Assembly (NCBI GenBank): GCA_050952625.1
Contig: JBMNLH010000003.1
Coordinates: 64,001-128,000 of the forward strand
DNA from: Bacillota bacterium
Lineage (GTDB): Bacteria > Bacillota > Ch66 > Ch109
DNA length: 64,000 nucleotides
Reading direction: 5' to 3'
In this document: positions 59,528 to 64,000 of the stretch, in pieces
Layout of the letters: every line of letters begins with the position of its first letter
Position numbering within the stretch: position 1 is the first letter of the stretch
The notes under the pieces: model-generated
What the model saw: the letters and a program-made list of their open reading frames with translations, nothing else
Told to the model about the DNA's origin: nothing
Databases searched by the model: none
Made by a program: the position numbers and the translations under genes

Positions 59528-61129
59528 CACTAGTGATGCATAAAATTTAACCCATTTCTTCTAAGTGCATTTTACACTGGCTTATATATAGGGCTAAATA
59601 GACTAAGATTGAATATTCTGAACAGGATTTTTTCCCGTAAATGTTAAAAGCAAGTGATCAATTAAAGATAGCCCTGTACCACATTTCGTTGCCTAATTTT
59701 GTTAAATGAGATCTAAGGTTGTTTCATCTAGAATACTAGTCCCATAAAGCAATGTTTGTTCGTTTAGCTGCCAGAATTCCTGTTCCCATGTATTCTTTCG
59801 TCTTCCATTAGATTTACGAGCTGGTGGTCTAAACAGCTTTTCAAGGAAAAGTTCTAAAGAATCATATCCACAGGATTGTAGCAAACGTTGAAGACCCAAG
59901 AGCTTTCCCGAGAACTTTACCTTTGATTGGAGTAATGTCATCAAACAAAAGGATATTAGTGCTAGCCAAATCTGATTCTTTACGGCATTCTCGCTATTAC
60001 CATAAAACTTTTTGACCTTGAGATGTTGCTTCACCCATTTAAAAAATAGTTCAATTGCCCACCGGTTTCGGTAAATATCACTGATTTCTTGGGCAGTTAA
60101 CTCAAAGTCATTGGTTACAATCGTGACGGCATTTCCTTGAGTATCCCGGGTTTCAATTAACCGTAGAGGATGTTTCATTTGGTTAACTCCCGGTGTGCCT
60201 AGACGAACAATTCGCTCCAGTGCCCATTCATTATCAACCAGGATCTTTTGCTCCAGGATTAACTCCTTTATCGCATTTGATTTTAAACGGCTGACAAACC
60301 GAATCTGGTTGTTATTATCACAATAGCTGTCGAACTTCTCGTAATCAATGTAACCTCGGTCAAAAACGTAAAGCGCATCTCCAGATTCTTCAACGACCAA
60401 GTTATCCATTTGAGTTCGGTCGTTACCTTTAGCGGTTGTGATGATTGCCGTATGAGGATAAACCCCAACTTCGGGATAAAAGGCTAGTTTTAGATGAAGC
60501 TTAACTCCACCCTTAGTTTTCCGGTAGGTTGCCCAAAGGTGATTGGAGAGACAAAGGCTAATCACCGAGGCATCCACCAAGAAAATCCTTTTAAGACGAT
60601 GACTCGTTGCTTTTTGGCCAATTGTTGCTTCCAGTTCTTTTACGAGTTCAGTAAATAATTGCTCAAGAACTTCGGTCGACATTTCTCTGAGTTTTCTGGA
60701 TAGCTGCGACGCACTTATAGAATCTAATCCAATAAGTTCTTGAAGTTTCTCACAATCCTTTAATATCTGACTCGTATGGCGCAAACTGTCAAGGCAATCA
60801 ATCTGGGCGTAAAGCATTAAAAGGATAAAGTTATTAACAAACAGCTTTTTGGTGTATTTGTCAATGTCCCAGCTTTTAAGTAGTTTTTGAAAACCAGATG
60901 CAAATATAGGCTTAAGGCATTCACGAAATGCAGATTTTCTGGTATCCTTGTCCATAAGCAGATCTCCTTATTTTAGAGATTATGGACAGGACTACCTGTA
61001 CATCTCTATTATAAGGAGTTTTTTCTTATAGGACCAGTTATATTATGGTAATCCGCATGTATAATCGTTAAACATCTATGATGAATGAACAACTTAGTAT
61101 TTTGTTAAAAAGTTAATGCAACACTAATG
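59528..61129 (-). mobile_element. IS4-family element, copy 2 (diverged isoform, 1602 bp)
   Basis: Same TIR type; 9-bp TSD AGTCATTTT (59519-59527, 61130-61138). Confidence 0.95.
59702..60955 (-). CDS. IS4-family DDE transposase
   Basis: Close paralogue of 57624-58880 with scattered substitutions and a one-codon deletion. Confidence 0.95.
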   Translation of the reverse strand: MDKDTRKSAFRECLKPIFASGFQKLLKSWDIDKYTKKLFVNNFILLMLYAQIDCLDSLRHTSQILKDCEKLQELIGLDSISASQLSRKLREMSTEVLEQLFTELVKELEATIGQKATSHRLKRIFLVDASVISLCLSNHLWATYRKTKGGVKLHLKLAFYPEVGVYPHTAIITTAKGNDRTQMDNLVVEESGDALYVFDRGYIDYEKFDSYCDNNNQIRFVSRLKSNAIKELILEQKILVDNEWALERIVRLGTPGVNQMKHPLRLIETRDTQGNAVTIVTNDFELTAQEISDIYRNRWAIELFFKWVKQHLKVKKFYGNSENAVKNQIWLALISFCLMTLLQSKVKFSGKLLGLQRLLQSCGYDSLELFLEKLFRPPARKSNGRRKNTWEQEFWQLNEQTLLYGTSILDETTLDLI

Positions 61130-61279
61130 AGTCATTTTACATTTTCCTTCTATATCCATAATATTTTCTAAATAATTTTAGCGAATTACGTATCGGTATA
61201 GATTTCAACCCTACACAATTTTCTTATCCTTATCGTACTATGTATGAATTACCGCCAAAAACTTACCTGAAATTATAAA

Positions 61280-61494
61280 AAGATACATCCGTACCCCCAT
61301 CGAAACCCTCCCCAACCTGGTGGTACCGGGATACCCCGTCCACCGACATCGAGCTGGAAGAATTTTTGAAATCGGCTAACATTTACTTCGATGGCTCCCC
61401 GCTAGATGAAGAAGATAAGGAGGACATTTTAACTTACCTCAAGGTTAAGTGGGAAAGAGAGAAAAGAAAAAGGGAAAAGGAAAGCAAAAGATAG
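61280..61494 (+). pseudogene. C-terminal fragment of a phage/ICE XRE-type repressor
   Basis: Hand translation ...WWYRDTPSTDIELEEFLKSANIYFDGSPLDEEDKEDILTYLK...*; in-frame stop just upstream and no HTH or start codon. Confidence 0.5.
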
Positions 61495-61498
61495 AGGA

Positions 61499-61729
61499 GT
61501 GATAAAGTTGACTTCTCACCGTTTTCTAGTGGTAATCGAGCAAGACGAAGATGGCAAATACATTGCTTCTGTACCATCTCTCCCCGGGTGCCATACTCAG
61601 GCGGATAATCTGACTGACCTGGATAAACGCATTCAAGAGGCAATAAAGCTTTACCTTGATGAAAATGCTGATGTTGTTATACCAGAGGGAAAGTTTATCG
61701 GTATCTATCAAGTTGAGGTGCAGGCATGA
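61499..61729 (+). CDS. hicB: HicB-family antitoxin
   Basis: VVIEQDEDGKYIASVPSLPGCHTQA....L...IQEAIKLYL. Confidence 0.9.
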   Translation: MIKLTSHRFLVVIEQDEDGKYIASVPSLPGCHTQADNLTDLDKRIQEAIKLYLDENADVVIPEGKFIGIYQVEVQA

Positions 61730-61815
61730 CAAGGCTTGCGATTATTTCCGCTGAAAAAATGGAACGCATATTACCCAAGTATATAAGGGATACACATAGG
61801 TGGAAGGGCCGCTGA
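61726..61815 (+). pseudogene. Truncated HicA-like toxin
   Basis: ATGA overlap with hicB; MTRLAIISAEKMERIL, then unrelated sequence and a stop; no GSH motif. Confidence 0.6.
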
Positions 61816-61960
61816 ATTCAGCGGCCCTAAACTATCCTATCGTCAATTTACCTCATCTACACAAACTTAAAGCCCACACTCGGCATGTCAAAAATTTCTA
61901 GAAAAATTTTTTAAAATATGTCCAGTATCTGGCAGGGACCGCTAAATTTATGTCGAATAT

Positions 61961-63567
61961 CATTAGTGATGCATAAAATTTAACCCATTTCTTCTAAGTG
62001 CATTTTACACTGGCTTATATATAGGGCTAAATAGACGAAGATTGAATATTCTGAACAGGAGTTTTTCCCGTAAATGTTAAAAAGCAAGTGATCAATTAAA
62101 GATAGTCCTGTGCCACATTTCGTTGCCTAATTTTGTTAAATAAGATCCAGGATCATTTCATCTAGAATACTAGTCCCATAAAGCAATGTTTCTTCGTTAA
62201 GCCGCCAGAATTCCTGTTCCCATGTATTTTTTCGCCTTCCACCATTAGATTTACGAGCTGGTGGCCTAAACAACTTGTCGAGGAAAAGTTCTAAAGAATC
62301 ATATCCACAAGATTGTAGAAGACGTTGAAGACTCAAGAGCTCTCCCGAGAACTTTACCTTTGATTGGAGTAATGTCATCAAACAAAAGGATATGAGGGCT
62401 AGCCAAATCTGATTCTTTACGGCATTCTCGCTATTACCATAAAACTTTTTGACCTTGAGATGTTGCTTCACCCATTTAAAAAATAGTTCAATTGCCCACC
62501 GGTTCCGATAAATATCACTGATTTCTTGAGCAGTTAGTTCAAAGTCATTGGTTACAATCGTGACGGCATTTCCTTGAGTATCCCGGGTTTCAATTAACCG
62601 TAGAGGATGTTTCATTTGGTTAACTCCCGGTGTGCCTAGACGAACAATTCGCTCCAGTGCCCATTCATTATCAACCAGGATCTTTTGCTCTAGGATTAAC
62701 TCCTTGACCGCATTTGATTTTAAACGGCTGACAAACCGGATCTGGTTGTTATTGTCACAATAGCTGTCGAACTTCTCGTAATCAATGTAACCTCGGTCAA
62801 AAACGTAAAGCGCATCTCCAGATTCTTCAACGACCAAGTTATCCATTTGAGTCCGGTCGTTACCTTTAGCGGTTGTGATAATTGCCGTATAAGGATAAAC
62901 CCCGACTTCAGGATAAAAGGCTAGTTTTAGGTGAAGCTTGACTCCGGCCTTAGTTTTCCGGTAGGTTGCCCAAAGGTGATTGGAGAGACAAAAGCTAATC
63001 ACCGAGGCATCCACCAAGAAAATCCTTTTAAGACGATGACTCATTGCTTTATGACCAATTGTTGCTTCTAGCTCCTTTACGAGTTCAGTAAACAATTTTT
63101 CAAGAACTTCGGTTGACATTTCTCTGAGTTTTCTGGATAGCTGTGATGCACTTATAGAAGTTATTCCAATAAGTTCCTGAAGTTTTTCACTATCCTTCAA
63201 TATCTGACTCGTATGGCGCAAACTGTCAAGGCAATCAATCTGGGCGTAAAGCATTAAAAGGATAAAGTTATTAGCGAACAGCTTTTTGACGTACTTGTCA
63301 ATGTCCCAGGTTTTAAGTAGCTTTTGAAAACTAGATACAAATATAGGCTCAAGGCATTCACGAAATGCAGATTTTTTGGTATCCTTGTCCATAAGTGGGA
63401 TCTCCTTATCTTAGAGATTATGGACAGGACTACCTGTACATCTCTATTATAAGGAGTTTTTTCTTATAGGACCAGTTATATTATGGTAATTAACATGTAT
63501 ATTTATTAAGCATTTATGATAATGAACTACTTAGTGCTTTGTTAAAAAATTTAATGCAACACTAGTG
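61961..63567 (-). mobile_element. IS4-family element, copy 3 (1607 bp, near-identical to copy 1)
   Basis: TIRs as copy 1; 9-bp TSD GTCGAATAT (61952-61960, 63568-63576). Confidence 0.95.
62136..63392 (-). CDS. IS4-family DDE transposase
   Basis: Differs from copy 1 by ISIC->ISFC in the ORF track. Confidence 0.95.
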   Translation of the reverse strand: MDKDTKKSAFRECLEPIFVSSFQKLLKTWDIDKYVKKLFANNFILLMLYAQIDCLDSLRHTSQILKDSEKLQELIGITSISASQLSRKLREMSTEVLEKLFTELVKELEATIGHKAMSHRLKRIFLVDASVISFCLSNHLWATYRKTKAGVKLHLKLAFYPEVGVYPYTAIITTAKGNDRTQMDNLVVEESGDALYVFDRGYIDYEKFDSYCDNNNQIRFVSRLKSNAVKELILEQKILVDNEWALERIVRLGTPGVNQMKHPLRLIETRDTQGNAVTIVTNDFELTAQEISDIYRNRWAIELFFKWVKQHLKVKKFYGNSENAVKNQIWLALISFCLMTLLQSKVKFSGELLSLQRLLQSCGYDSLELFLDKLFRPPARKSNGGRRKNTWEQEFWRLNEETLLYGTSILDEMILDLI

Positions 63568-63611
63568 GTCGAATATAACTCTTTAAGATATTTCTTTGGG
63601 AGTTGATTCGA

Positions 63612-64000
63612 TTGTCAATATTTGCTGGGATTAAGACCCTTAAACCAATGGCTGTTCCGGTAATCACCAAACTCTGTCGTCTAGCTAAGATTCGGGAACT
63701 GGTTAACGAGATAGTATTTTGGAGAGAAGATAATTCTAAAATCTCTCCGGGTCTTCTGATCGAAACCCTCATTATTAGTATCTTCTGTGGCCGGATGCCT
63801 TTATGGAAAGTGCATCAATTTTGGGCTGAGCAGGATTTATCTAACCTGTTTCCTGATGTGGAATTATCAATTGATCAGCTTAACGAACATGCCTACGGCC
63901 GGGCTTTAGATAAACTGGCTGAAGTTGATTTAAACAAGCTGATCAGTTTGGTATCCTTGGTGATGCTTGATATTCACAATTTGGATATCTCCACGGTTCA
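63612..64000 (+). CDS. IS1634-like (DUF4277) transposase, 5' part
   Basis: Hand translation from TTG: ...LCRLAKIRELVNEIVFW..DNSKISPGLLIETLII...R.PLWKV..F...QDL...QLNEHAYGRALDKL; open to the window end. Confidence 0.8.
   Translation, partial: MSIFAGIKTLKPMAVPVITKLCRLAKIRELVNEIVFWREDNSKISPGLLIETLIISIFCGRMPLWKVHQFWAEQDLSNLFPDVELSIDQLNEHAYGRALDKLAEVDLNKLISLVSLVMLDIHNLDISTV

Noticed and set aside
57449-63567. Composite transposon formed by IS4 copies
   Set aside because: Each copy has its own distinct 9-bp TSD, indicating independent insertions.

Overview
64-kb chromosomal window from an anaerobic Firmicute (Clostridia/Peptococcaceae- or Syntrophomonadaceae-like; inferred from SLH domains, lipoproteins, sigmaH-type promoters and gene content). 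1-10 kb: a minus-strand cluster of a CHASE2 adenylate/guanylate cyclase, an SLH-anchored FecR-domain surface protein, an acidic secreted protein and pilT, with a Crp-family gene just beyond thrC. This is the best candidate for an undescribed cell-surface cyclic-nucleotide signalling system. 10-32 kb: mostly metabolism and transport (orphan acyl-CoA carboxyltransferase, 2-oxoacid:ferredoxin oxidoreductase with a frameshifted ferredoxin subunit, OpuC-type and Liv-type ABC transporters, SET and Pcm methyltransferases), with several short non-autonomous repeats, including three ~110-bp IS200/IS605-like elements. 32-50 kb: an accessory patchwork with a lipoprotein plus membrane-bound LuxR module carrying twin operators, rtcB, PadR, several internally deleted genes and a hemerythrin/P1B-ATPase/HMA cassette. 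50-64 kb: a 1642-aa SF1 helicase-nuclease (probable defence gene), an IS21 remnant, an ISL3 interrupted by IS4, two more IS4 copies (each with its own TSD), a repressor/hicBA relic and a partial IS1634-type transposase. No rRNA, tRNA or CRISPR array was seen. Family calls come from motif recognition by eye; no database search was run.
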